Positions 50,198-59,164 of a stretch of 64,000 nucleotides of DNA are shown in pieces. Both the position numbers and the translations under genes were made by a program. Source of the DNA: an uncultured Candidatus Saccharibacteria bacterium (GTDB lineage Bacteria; Patescibacteriota; Minisyncoccia; Phycocordibacterales; UBA1006); the NCBI GenBank assembly GCA_964507625.1, contig CAZDPR010000002.1:368-64367 (forward strand), written 5' to 3'. The notes below the pieces were generated by a model. That model saw only the letters and a program-made list of their open reading frames with translations, ran no database searches and was not told where the DNA came from. How positions within the stretch are numbered: the stretch's first letter is position 1; each line of letters starts with the position of its first letter.

Positions 50198-50265
50198 GTC
50201 AATACTCTACCACTCTATACAGAATTAAAAATGTATAGTCTGCTCGTCATAAAAGTCTTAGCATA

Positions 50266-50288
50266 AGTAGTATTTCTGATATACTACT
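50266..50288. promoter_or_regulatory. Second dyad AGTAGTAT-N7-ATACTACT in the lexA/small-ORF divergent intergenic region
   Basis: Perfect 8+8 bp inverted repeat between divergent genes. Confidence 0.25.
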
Positions 50289-50317
50289 TACATTATTAAA
50301 TTATATAAATATCATAT

Positions 50318-50593
50318 ATGAAAATTATAGAATTCATCAAAAAAATCACTAAGATTATACTATACTTATCAGTATCATTTTTTCTTGTGTACTCGGCAGT
50401 TGCGTACAGACAAATTCTGTTAATTGAAAAAACCACTATGGGAAGCCTTAAAGCTGTTGAATGTAAGATAAAAGTAGCAGATTTTCAAAAAATTAATAAA
50501 CTAGCTGAAACAGATCCTCAAATAGAAGATCTTAAGGAATTGTGTGAGGGTGTATCTTCTCAAAGAGTTCGTTTGACATTCGAAAATTATTAA
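50318..50593 (+). CDS. Small signal-anchored protein divergent from lexA (candidate SOS-induced small membrane protein)
   Basis: 91 aa, one N-terminal TM, charged C-terminal domain; position analogous to yneA/sosA-type genes. Confidence 0.3.
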   Translation: MKIIEFIKKITKIILYLSVSFFLVYSAVAYRQILLIEKTTMGSLKAVECKIKVADFQKINKLAETDPQIEDLKELCEGVSSQRVRLTFENY

Positions 50594-50626
50594 TAAAATG
50601 ACTACCTAGGGTAGTCATTTTATTAA

Positions 50627-50989
50627 TTACAGATTTAGTAGTTTCAATAGTTCTTGTTTTTCACTAAAACTAAGTGCATCAGATTTTTTAATAACTTCAA
50701 GATTAATGCGAGGTCTATAATAATTTTTTTTATGATTATTCAGCCAATATTCAATTGATCGTTGGTTTCCACTTTTAATATTTTCAATTAACTTGGATTC
50801 GGCGAGATCAGAAATTGACTCAACTCCACATTCTAAAGATTTTTCAATATCGTATGCAAAATCAGCTTCTTCTTTTTTCCAACGATAAAATGTTTGCCGA
50901 GATATACCTAATTTCTTGCATATCAAAGATACGTTCGGTAATTCAGAAAGTTCTTCTATAACTTTTTGACTAATTTGTTGCTTTTTCAT
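50627..50989 (-). CDS. HTH DNA-binding protein, terminase-small-subunit (Terminase_5/gpP N-terminal)-like
   Basis: ICKKLGISRQTFYRWKKEE HTH typical of phage terS / IS3-type HTH_23 domains. Confidence 0.4.
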   Translation of the reverse strand: MKKQQISQKVIEELSELPNVSLICKKLGISRQTFYRWKKEEADFAYDIEKSLECGVESISDLAESKLIENIKSGNQRSIEYWLNNHKKNYYRPRINLEVIKKSDALSFSEKQELLKLLNL

Positions 50990-52241
50990 AGGGTATTACG
51001 ATAACCTCCCCATGAGTTAATTTCTTATATCTGCTAATAATCAAATCACAATAGATAGGTTCTAGTTCTACGGAATATGATCTTCTTTTTAATTGCTCAC
51101 AAGCAATGAGAGTACTGCCAGATCCTCCAAAGGAATCGAAAATAATATCATTTGGTTTTGTACATCGTAATATTGCTTTATGATGAAGTTCTGGTGGTTT
51201 TGAAGTAGCATGAGCATACTCATTTTTACTAAGCCTTTTTTCTGTCCAGATATTAATATCATCTAAAGATTGATTACCTGTACCAACTTCTGAGTTTAAT
51301 ACCTCAGTTAAAGCCTGTTGTTTTTTAGATAAATACGGACTACCAATGGTTCCATAAATACAAGGCTCATAACATTTATTAAATGCCACTTGAGGTGTTG
51401 GATTATGACCATTTTTAATCCATAAGCAGACACGTTTATTTTGTATACCAAGTGTCCTATATATACTTTGTACTATCCAAATTTGCTGTTCAGTATTCCA
51501 ATAGAATACATGACAATCTTTAGTCGCAAATGATAAAGCCGTTTTGATATTTTGAGTAAGAAATGAAATGTATTCTTCCTCTGTTCTATTATCTTCAACA
51601 TCGCCTCCATAATTCTGTTTTCCTCCCAATCCCTTTGAGTAATCAATATTAATATTATAGATAGGATCAGAGTAAATCATTGAAGTTTTTTCTGAACCAA
51701 ACAACCTTTCTAATACGGATTGATCATTTGAACTTCCGCATATGAGTCTATGGTTTCCTAATAGAATTAAATCACCAGGTTTTGTCTTTGGTTTCTTAAT
51801 TTTGGTCAGTTCTTTTTCTTCATTAAACTCCTCATCAAGAAGTTCAACCTCATTATCCCAGATATTAGATAGATCATCTCCTGTGAATCCTATATCTTCA
51901 AGTAGACTGAGATCAAAATTTTTAAGAAGATCATAATCAAATTCACCTTGATTTTTATTTAATCGAATATTCAGTTCCTTCTCCTTATCTAGTGAAAGAG
52001 ATACATATATAACGGGTACCTCTAGATATCCAAGGTTTTTGCATATAGATAATCTAAAGTGTCCACCAATTACGATATTCTCCCTTTCAGGGTGACTATT
52101 CACAATGATTGGATCAATGATACCAAACTTACTAATACTTTCAGTAAGTTTTTTAATTTGCTCTGAACTCCATTTACGTGGGTTATATAAAGCAGGGTTT
52201 AGTAATGAAGTATTTACATATACTATTTTTATATTATTCAT
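50970..52241 (-). CDS. ParB-like nuclease domain fused to DNA N6/N4 methyltransferase (phage-type orphan MTase)
   Basis: N-terminal ParB/Srx motif (IIDPIIVNSHPERENIVIGGHFRL); MTase motif IV-like SDPIYN and motif I FDSFGGSGSTLIA. Confidence 0.7.
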   Translation of the reverse strand: MNNIKIVYVNTSLLNPALYNPRKWSSEQIKKLTESISKFGIIDPIIVNSHPERENIVIGGHFRLSICKNLGYLEVPVIYVSLSLDKEKELNIRLNKNQGEFDYDLLKNFDLSLLEDIGFTGDDLSNIWDNEVELLDEEFNEEKELTKIKKPKTKPGDLILLGNHRLICGSSNDQSVLERLFGSEKTSMIYSDPIYNINIDYSKGLGGKQNYGGDVEDNRTEEEYISFLTQNIKTALSFATKDCHVFYWNTEQQIWIVQSIYRTLGIQNKRVCLWIKNGHNPTPQVAFNKCYEPCIYGTIGSPYLSKKQQALTEVLNSEVGTGNQSLDDINIWTEKRLSKNEYAHATSKPPELHHKAILRCTKPNDIIFDSFGGSGSTLIACEQLKRRSYSVELEPIYCDLIISRYKKLTHGEVIVIPYEKATN

Positions 52242-52795
52242 ATAAGTTTAATGAATTAATTAATAAATAGTTATTCAAAGAAAAAACAGCGTTGATATAC
52301 GCTGTTTATCTTATTAAAAAATTTCAACAAAACAAAAGCGTATTACTACGTTTATGTTTCAGTGAAATTCTTCAATCTTACTATTGACTGTTTTATATCT
52401 TTTTGGACGGGTAAGATGCCCGCATCGCTTCGTCAAGATTTTGAAAGTTTTCTGACTACTTTATTACTAAAGTAGGGATTTCATATAATATCTATATAAC
52501 TACAATGGCACGCTAGTTCAAGTTGTACCTACGCAGTGATACAAAATATACCTATTAATTTAAAATCCAGTATTTTCTTATTAAATAACTATATGTAGTA
52601 TATCATATTTTTGTTAAATGCAATAGTAAATAACCACTATAAGTGTATAAATTGATAATAGAACTGTCACCTTTGTCACTATTTGTATATCTTACTCTAT
52701 GTATAATTTAATTAAAAGAAAGATTCTTATTGAAAATAATAAACTATCGACTTTTTCATCTTACTTTTTAAGTTGAATATGATAGAATAAATAGT

Positions 52796-53425
52796 ATGAA
52801 TACTGGAAGTCAAATAATATATGTGCTTATAAATGAGGCTATGCCTGGTTATGTAAAAATAGGTAAAACATCTACAAGTTTAGAACAAAGAATAAGGGAA
52901 TTAAGTAGTTCTACTAGCGTACCACTTCCTTTTACTTGTTTTTATGCTTGCACTGTAAAAGATATGACATTTGTTGAACATCAATTACATGATGCATTTG
53001 ATAATATTCGTATAAACCCAAGAAGAGAATTTTTTAAGATTGCACCAGAAAGAGTTGTTGCTGCACTTAAACTAGCAGAAATTGAAAATATAACTCCCAA
53101 AAATGATATTGTTGAAAATAGAGAAGATCAACAAGCATTAAACGAAGCACGAAAAAGAAGACCACCATTTAAGTTTAGTATGGTTAATATCGTTCCTGGA
53201 TCAGAAATAACCTTTAGTAGAGATGAAAATATTAAAGCTATTGTTGTAGATGATCATATTATTGAAATTAATGGTGAAAAATTAAGTATTTCAAATGCAG
53301 CACAGAAATTACTTGATGTTGAGTGGCCAGTACAAGGTCCACTTTATTGGATATACGAAGGTGAATCGTTAGATGAGCGTAGACAAAGAATTGAAAGCGA
53401 AAAGATGAGTGATCAAATTATGTAA
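52796..53425 (+). CDS. GIY-YIG-like (T5orf172/MUG113) domain protein
   Basis: IYVLINEAMPGYVKIGKTS...RIRELSS...F pattern of the T5orf172 family; C-terminal half unassigned. Confidence 0.5.
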   Translation: MNTGSQIIYVLINEAMPGYVKIGKTSTSLEQRIRELSSSTSVPLPFTCFYACTVKDMTFVEHQLHDAFDNIRINPRREFFKIAPERVVAALKLAEIENITPKNDIVENREDQQALNEARKRRPPFKFSMVNIVPGSEITFSRDENIKAIVVDDHIIEINGEKLSISNAAQKLLDVEWPVQGPLYWIYEGESLDERRQRIESEKMSDQIM

Positions 53426-53545
53426 TTTAATTAATTGTATAATGATTAATTATTGTTATTTTTATAATCATTAAGGAAACTCTAATACCGTCGACATACT
53501 ATACTAAAAGTATTAATTCTAACCTTGCCCTGCAATGAACTGAAA

Positions 53546-53569
53546 GGTTCTAGCTCGAGGACGCCAGCC
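53546..53569. repeat. Left copy of imperfect 24-nt direct repeat GGTTCT(A/G)GCTC(G/A)AGGACGCCAGCC
   Basis: 22/24 identical to 59165-59188 in the same orientation; sits at the left edge of the GC-rich copper island. Confidence 0.45.
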
Positions 53570-53760
53570 AACTCGTGATAGGTTATCGCGCACGAGACGC
53601 GTCGATAACTTCGCATTAGCTAAGAAAGATTATTTTAAGCAAAAAGTTCCTGTTCGGGCTTTTTTGCTTTCACATCTTCCTTTGTGTGGAATTAAAAAGA
53701 TACATGATCGACTAAAGAAACTGAGCTTGACCGTATACCCCACAGTGGTATACTTAAAAT

Positions 53761-54030
53761 ATGAAGCAAGACATAAAAAAGCAGTTGCAAAATCGTCTGC
53801 GGCGCATCGAGGGTCAGGTGCGTGGTTTACAGCAAATGGTGGAAAGTGAGAAATATTGTGTAGACATAATTACTCAATCCAATGCTATAAAAAAAGCATT
53901 GGGAAGCGTTGAGAATGTGATGCTGGAACATCATTTATCTACGCATGTTGTGCATCAAATGCGAGGCAAGGAGGAAGATAAGGCAATCAATGAAATCCTA
54001 AAGGTGTATAAGTTAGTTCAAAATAAGTAA
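53761..54030 (+). CDS. csoR: CsoR/RcnR-family metal-sensing transcriptional repressor
   Basis: 89 aa; RLRRIEGQVRGLQQMV...YCVDIITQ...LEHHLSTH with the Cys/His/Cys-position ligands of CsoR. Confidence 0.7.
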   Translation: MKQDIKKQLQNRLRRIEGQVRGLQQMVESEKYCVDIITQSNAIKKALGSVENVMLEHHLSTHVVHQMRGKEEDKAINEILKVYKLVQNK

Positions 54031-54034
54031 CTAT

Positions 54035-56080
54035 ATGCACAATACTTCCCACCACAAACATTCTCCTGCTGATCGCTCTTGCTGTGATACAGACAACAGC
54101 CACCAAGAGAAACATTCGCACGACAACCATCAAGGTCATCACTCCCACATGGTTGATGATTTCAGAAAGAGGTTTTGGATTTCTCTCGTTCTCTCTATTC
54201 CTGTACTTGTTCTCTCGCCGATGATCCAGATGTTTTTTGGTATAGAGGGTATCGGTTTTTCAAGGGACGTATATGTTCGATTTATTCTCGCCTCAATCAT
54301 TTTCTTTTATGGCGGCTATCCATTCCTCAAAGGTTTATATGATGAAGTAAAAGCAAGACAGCTAGGGATGATGACGCTCGTTGCCCTGGCTATTTCTGCT
54401 GCTTATGGATATAGCATTGCTGTGTTTGCGGGGCTATCTGGAGAGGAACTTCTTTGGGAGCTGGTAACGCTCGTGGACATTATGCTTCTTGGGCATTGGA
54501 TTGAGATGAGGTCGGTTATGGGTGCGTCAGGAGCTTTGGAAGAACTTGCAAAGCTAATGCCTTCAACAGCACATCGGCTTGGAAAAAACGGAGAGATAGA
54601 AGAGGTGCAGGTTGCTGATCTGTCTCTCGGAGATAGAGTTCTTGTAAAACCTGGTGAGAAGATCCCTGTTGACGGCATTGTTATTGAAGGAAGAACTTCA
54701 GTAAATGAAGCAATGCTTACAGGAGAAACAAAGCTCATAGAAAAGTTTGCTGGGCAATCTGTTATCGGAGGCTCTGTAAACAGTGATGGCTCAATCGTAG
54801 TTGAGATACAGAAAGTAGGAAAAGACACATATCTTTCTCAAATTATAGAGCTTGTGTCATCTGCACAGGCAGAAAAGTCAAAGACCCAGAAACTCGCAGA
54901 CCGTGCAGCGATGTGGCTAACGTTTGTAGCGATAGGTGCAGGGATACTTACATTCTTCGGTTGGACATTTTTTACATCAGAAAATCTCGCGTATGCCCTT
55001 CAGCGTACCATTGCGGTTATTGTCATAGCTTGTCCTCACGCTCTCGGTCTTGCTATACCGCTTGTAGTTTCAGTTTCAACGTCTCTCTCTGCCCGCAAAG
55101 GCTTGCTTATACGCAACAGAACAGCTTTTGAAGAAGCACGGAATATAACCGCTGTTGTCTTTGATAAGACAGGCACTCTTACTAAAGGAGAGTTTGGCAT
55201 AACCGAAGTTGTGCCCTTAGGAAATGAACAGAAGGATCGGATCCTTGCCTATGCCGCAGCGATAGAAGCGCGCTCCGAACATCCGATTGCAAAAGCTATA
55301 GCAGAACGGGTAAGCAGAAAACTCGCTGTAAATAACTTCTCCGCAATACCAGGTAAAGGTGCAATGGGCACTGTAGAAGGAAAACAAATCAAAGTGGTAA
55401 GTCCAGGATACTTGAGTGAAAAGAGTATAGGAGTAAACAACAAAAGTGTTGAACGTTTGATAGATGAAGGACGCACTGTCGTGTTTGTTTTGGTTGATGA
55501 ACTACCTATAGGTGCTATTGCTCTTGATGATTTGGTTCGCGATGAAGCAAAGGAAGTAATCCAAAAACTTCAAGCAATGGGAATCGAACCTATTATGCTT
55601 ACAGGAGACGCGCTTCGTGTTGCAGAACGTGTTTCAAAGGAACTGGGCATCAAAACCTATTACGCGGAGGTATTGCCACACGAGAAGACAGAGAAAATAA
55701 AAGAAATCCAAGCTCAAGGGTATAAGGTGGCGATGGTAGGAGACGGAGTCAATGACGCACCAGCTCTTGCACAGGCCAATGTTGGCATCGCTATCGGCGC
55801 TGGAACCGATGTGGCTATTGAAAGCGCCGATGTGGTCTTGGTAAAAAGTGATCCAAGAGATGTGGTTGCAATACTTTCTCTCGCCAAGGCTACGTATCGA
55901 AAGATGATCCAAAATCTCTGGTGGGCAAGCGGCTATAACATTCTTGCTTTACCACTAGCAGCGGGAGTGCTCGCTGGTGTCGGAATTATTTTATCTCCTG
56001 CCGTAGGAGCCGTGCTGATGTCGGTAAGTACGGTGGTCGTGGCGATTAACGCAACCCTCCTGAAAAATTATAGAATGTAG
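54035..56080 (+). CDS. copB: Copper-translocating P1B-type ATPase, CopB-like (CPH motif, His-rich N-terminus, no HMA domain)
   Basis: His-rich N-terminus (HHKHS...HSHDNHQGHHSH); TM CPH motif (IACPHALG); DKTGTLT phosphorylation site; GDGVNDAPAL hinge. Confidence 0.85.
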   Translation: MHNTSHHKHSPADRSCCDTDNSHQEKHSHDNHQGHHSHMVDDFRKRFWISLVLSIPVLVLSPMIQMFFGIEGIGFSRDVYVRFILASIIFFYGGYPFLKGLYDEVKARQLGMMTLVALAISAAYGYSIAVFAGLSGEELLWELVTLVDIMLLGHWIEMRSVMGASGALEELAKLMPSTAHRLGKNGEIEEVQVADLSLGDRVLVKPGEKIPVDGIVIEGRTSVNEAMLTGETKLIEKFAGQSVIGGSVNSDGSIVVEIQKVGKDTYLSQIIELVSSAQAEKSKTQKLADRAAMWLTFVAIGAGILTFFGWTFFTSENLAYALQRTIAVIVIACPHALGLAIPLVVSVSTSLSARKGLLIRNRTAFEEARNITAVVFDKTGTLTKGEFGITEVVPLGNEQKDRILAYAAAIEARSEHPIAKAIAERVSRKLAVNNFSAIPGKGAMGTVEGKQIKVVSPGYLSEKSIGVNNKSVERLIDEGRTVVFVLVDELPIGAIALDDLVRDEAKEVIQKLQAMGIEPIMLTGDALRVAERVSKELGIKTYYAEVLPHEKTEKIKEIQAQGYKVAMVGDGVNDAPALAQANVGIAIGAGTDVAIESADVVLVKSDPRDVVAILSLAKATYRKMIQNLWWASGYNILALPLAAGVLAGVGIILSPAVGAVLMSVSTVVVAINATLLKNYRM

Positions 56081-56082
56081 GT

Positions 56083-56490
56083 ATGTCATTTTTTACAAAC
56101 AAAGCAAAATATCTCCTCCTCGGCATACTTTTAGTGGCATTTTTATGGGTAGGTGGGTTTGGCATTTTGTCAGCGGTTCAAATGTCTCACGGTGAACACC
56201 AAGCTGGTTGCACTGTAACGCTTGGTGAGCATGTCATTTGTGCAATGAACCCATTTGAATATCTTTCTGTATGGCAAAGCATATTCACTGTTCCTCTAAC
56301 ACTTATTTCTTCCTTCCTGCTTTTACTTATAGCTCTTGGACTAGCTCTCTTTGCCCGCATAAAAAAGGTCATACTGGATCCGCCTGAAATAACCGGCTCT
56401 CAAGAAGTCCCTCGCAGATTTACGTTTTATATTCCTGATCTATATACAGAGCTATTCTCTCAAGGTATTTTGCATCCCAAAGCCCCGTAA
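56083..56490 (+). CDS. Small 2-TM membrane protein with His/Cys cluster (possible metal-binding accessory)
   Basis: 135 aa; MSHGEHQAGCTVTLGEHVIC between TM helices; starts 2 nt after the copB stop. Confidence 0.3.
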   Translation: MSFFTNKAKYLLLGILLVAFLWVGGFGILSAVQMSHGEHQAGCTVTLGEHVICAMNPFEYLSVWQSIFTVPLTLISSFLLLLIALGLALFARIKKVILDPPEITGSQEVPRRFTFYIPDLYTELFSQGILHPKAP

Positions 56491-56530
56491 TTTTTCCTAC
56501 TTCTTTTATTAGCAACTATTAAACAAAATT

Positions 56531-56926
56531 ATGGAAACAAAAAATAACAACTTACTTATTATCGGCATCATTACCCTTATTCTGGGACTTGTTCTTGGAT
56601 ATTTCTTAGGAACAGGAAAAATGAATTGCCCCATGATGTCAGACACAACTGACACAAGTAGTCATATGATGAGTGGCTCACACGAAATGGGAGATACAAT
56701 GACTAACATGACAGCAGGTCTAGAAGGTAAATCGGGAGAAGAGTTTGAGAAGGCATTTATTGACGAAATGATTGTTCATCACGAAGGGGCTGTAGATATG
56801 GCACGTATGCTTCTTCAGAAGACACAGCGTCCTGAACTCGTAAAACTCGGAAATGACATTATTAACGCCCAGACAAGTGAAATTGAAATGATGAAAGAGT
56901 GGCGACAAACTTGGTTTACCAATTAA
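56531..56926 (+). CDS. DUF305-domain protein with Met/His-rich N-terminal region
   Basis: FIDEMIVHHEGAVDMARMLL...NDIINAQTSEIEMMKEW matches the DUF305 four-helix-bundle family; Met-rich stretch (MMSDTTDTSSHMMSGSHEMGDTMTNM). Confidence 0.65.
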   Translation: METKNNNLLIIGIITLILGLVLGYFLGTGKMNCPMMSDTTDTSSHMMSGSHEMGDTMTNMTAGLEGKSGEEFEKAFIDEMIVHHEGAVDMARMLLQKTQRPELVKLGNDIINAQTSEIEMMKEWRQTWFTN

Positions 56927-56930
56927 GTCT

Positions 56931-58457
56931 ATGAAGAAAACATATGTATTAGGCGGGATAGTAATCCTTGCGCTTGCGGGCATTACTTTGCTTGCAAAGA
57001 ATAACCCCATTTCCTCAACAGGAAATGCACTTACAGAGAAAATCTATGTGACAGTCGAAGAAGAAGGCACTGTGAATGTCATTAACCCTGCCACAAACAA
57101 ATCGATCAAAGTCATTGACCTCACTGAACATGAAACTGAAACGAAATATCTTCCGCACAATGTCCAAGCGTCCCCAGATGGAAAAAGCGTTTGGGTAACA
57201 GCTAATGCTGGAATGGAGGAGCATGACAGACATAGCTCGCTTTTCATTCCTACCGCATACGCCGATGAAGGACATGGTGAAATGAAGATGGACACTGGAG
57301 ATCAGGTTATCGTCATTGACCCTCAAGAGGACGCCATAATCAAACGAATACCGCTTGGAAGTGGTCAGCATCTTGCACACGTTGTGTTTACCCCAGACGG
57401 ATCTACGGCACTTATCGCGGCACAGGAAACAAATAAGCTCTACAAAGTTGATACGAGCAATTTCCTGCAAACAGAGATTAATCTACCCGAAGGAAGCGGT
57501 CCCCATGGTATGCGGCTCTCTCCTGACGGAAAGACTGCCTACGTTGCGTTCATGGATGGAAAGGGGCTTGGCGTCGTTAATCTAGAAAACGGAACGATAG
57601 AGGTAAAACCTCTGAACGGTTCAGCTGTTCAGACCGCAGTTACTCCCGATGGTAAATATGTAGCTGCGTCTGTGTATGAGACTCGCAGCGTTGCTTTGTA
57701 CGATACTGCTTTCGAATCAGTATCGTATGTAGCCTTGCCAGAGGGTTCAGAGGGACCAGTGCAACTCTATCCGACTTCAGATTCTCGTTACGTCTATATC
57801 GCAGATCAAGGTGTTCTACAGAACCGACCTCCAAACAACAAGCTGTATAAACTGGATCTTCAAACGAAAGAAATAACTGAAAGTATTGCTGTCGGAAAAG
57901 CTCCTCATGGCGTGGTCATAAATGAAGATAACAGTAGGGCATATGTTACAAACCTTGAAGGAGGCACTGTCTCTGTAATTGATATGGAAACAAGTAAGGA
58001 AATAACTCAAATATCGGTAGGCAGTAAGCCAAATGGTATAAGTATATGGAAAGGTCAAAACATTTCCGAAGAGAAGACTGCCCTTATGGGTGAGGAAATG
58101 ATTGTCTACAAGACAGAGACGTGTGGTTGTTGCCATGTCTATGTAGAGTACCTTGAACGTGAAGATGTAAACGTAAAAGCGGTAGATGTTGCTGATCTTA
58201 CTGCTATCAAAGACCGATACGGCGTTCCAACTAATCTACAGAGCTGCCACACTTCTATAGTTGGAGGCTATGTAATTGAGGGGCACATACCACTTGAAGT
58301 AGTCGAGAAATTACTCGCTGAAAAACCAGCTATCAAAGGTATCGCCTTACCTGGAATGCCTTCAGGTTCTCCAGGAATGCCAGGACCAAAGACAGAGAAA
58401 TGGATCATCTATGCAATCGGTAATGATGGTGAAGTGACGGAGTTTATGAGTTACTAA
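56931..58457 (+). CDS. Signal-anchored YVTN beta-propeller repeat protein fused to C-terminal DUF411/CopG-like metal-binding domain
   Basis: Repeated YVTN-type blades (KIYVTVEE, SVWVTANAG, RAYVTNLEGGTVSVID); C-terminal CGCCHVY...CHTSIVGGYVIEGHIP matches the DUF411 (CopG) CxCC/H pattern. Confidence 0.6.
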   Translation: MKKTYVLGGIVILALAGITLLAKNNPISSTGNALTEKIYVTVEEEGTVNVINPATNKSIKVIDLTEHETETKYLPHNVQASPDGKSVWVTANAGMEEHDRHSSLFIPTAYADEGHGEMKMDTGDQVIVIDPQEDAIIKRIPLGSGQHLAHVVFTPDGSTALIAAQETNKLYKVDTSNFLQTEINLPEGSGPHGMRLSPDGKTAYVAFMDGKGLGVVNLENGTIEVKPLNGSAVQTAVTPDGKYVAASVYETRSVALYDTAFESVSYVALPEGSEGPVQLYPTSDSRYVYIADQGVLQNRPPNNKLYKLDLQTKEITESIAVGKAPHGVVINEDNSRAYVTNLEGGTVSVIDMETSKEITQISVGSKPNGISIWKGQNISEEKTALMGEEMIVYKTETCGCCHVYVEYLEREDVNVKAVDVADLTAIKDRYGVPTNLQSCHTSIVGGYVIEGHIPLEVVEKLLAEKPAIKGIALPGMPSGSPGMPGPKTEKWIIYAIGNDGEVTEFMSY

Positions 58458-58520
58458 CATTAAGTTCGCGATATAAGCAACATAGGAACATGAAATAAAA
58501 ACCACTCAGTCGAGTGGTTT

Positions 58521-59009
58521 TTATTTTGTTAATAGAATCTTCTTTTCAGATAACAAAATATTACCTTTCAAAAATCCAAGTAATTCTCTTTTTTCTACAT
58601 CAGCTCCTTCTTGTAGGAGGTATTTTGCGTAATTTCGTATATCTAAATCTGCCACTTCCACTTTGGTTTTGATGCCTAACATTGATTGCTGGAACTTCTT
58701 AAATCGCTCGACTTCTGACTTTATCTTTTCTTTAACCCCAATTTCGTCTATATCGATTTCGCTTATTAAATCCTCAAACTGTTTCAGGAGGTCTATTTCA
58801 TTGATATATCCACATTTACAGTTCGGATCCCGTCGTTTGGTGCAACCATAATAGACATGACGGTGTACATTGCCGTTCTTTTGCTTTTTAAACTTCTCAT
58901 CGGCCGTAATACCTGAGCCACATAAACCACAGGTCATGAGTTTGGTAAAAGCAAATTCCTTTGGTTCTTATGTTCTTAATACCTGACTTTTTACTTGCTC
59001 TTGGACTAA
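58521..59009 (-). pseudogene. Serine recombinase pseudogene (3' zinc-ribbon/coiled-coil part only, in-frame TAA, catalytic domain missing)
   Basis: Translation LVQEQVKSQVLRT*EPKEFAFTKLMTCGLCGSGITADE... is roughly 60% identical to the C-terminal 160 aa of the recombinase at 45432-46760; a stop replaces the Gln codon; no upstream homology. Confidence 0.6.
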
Positions 59010-59164
59010 GGAAGAAACCGATAGAGTGGTGACAGTCTTTCAATGGCTATTAGAGCAAGATAAAAAGCAGAATCCAGATCGGTATAAAAAACCTACTGCT
59101 CAAAGACCGTCGAAATGATACAATAAACTTATTAAAAATGTCCTTACAGGGCTTGACCGACCAC

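Noticed and set aside
53546-53569. Idea that the 24-nt repeated element is a structured RNA motif (e.g. riboswitch or SRP-like helix)
   Set aside because: The two copies differ at two positions that are not compensatory for the candidate CTGGC/GCCAG stem, which argues for DNA-level (att-like) conservation rather than RNA structure. No match to known riboswitch cores was recognisable by eye.
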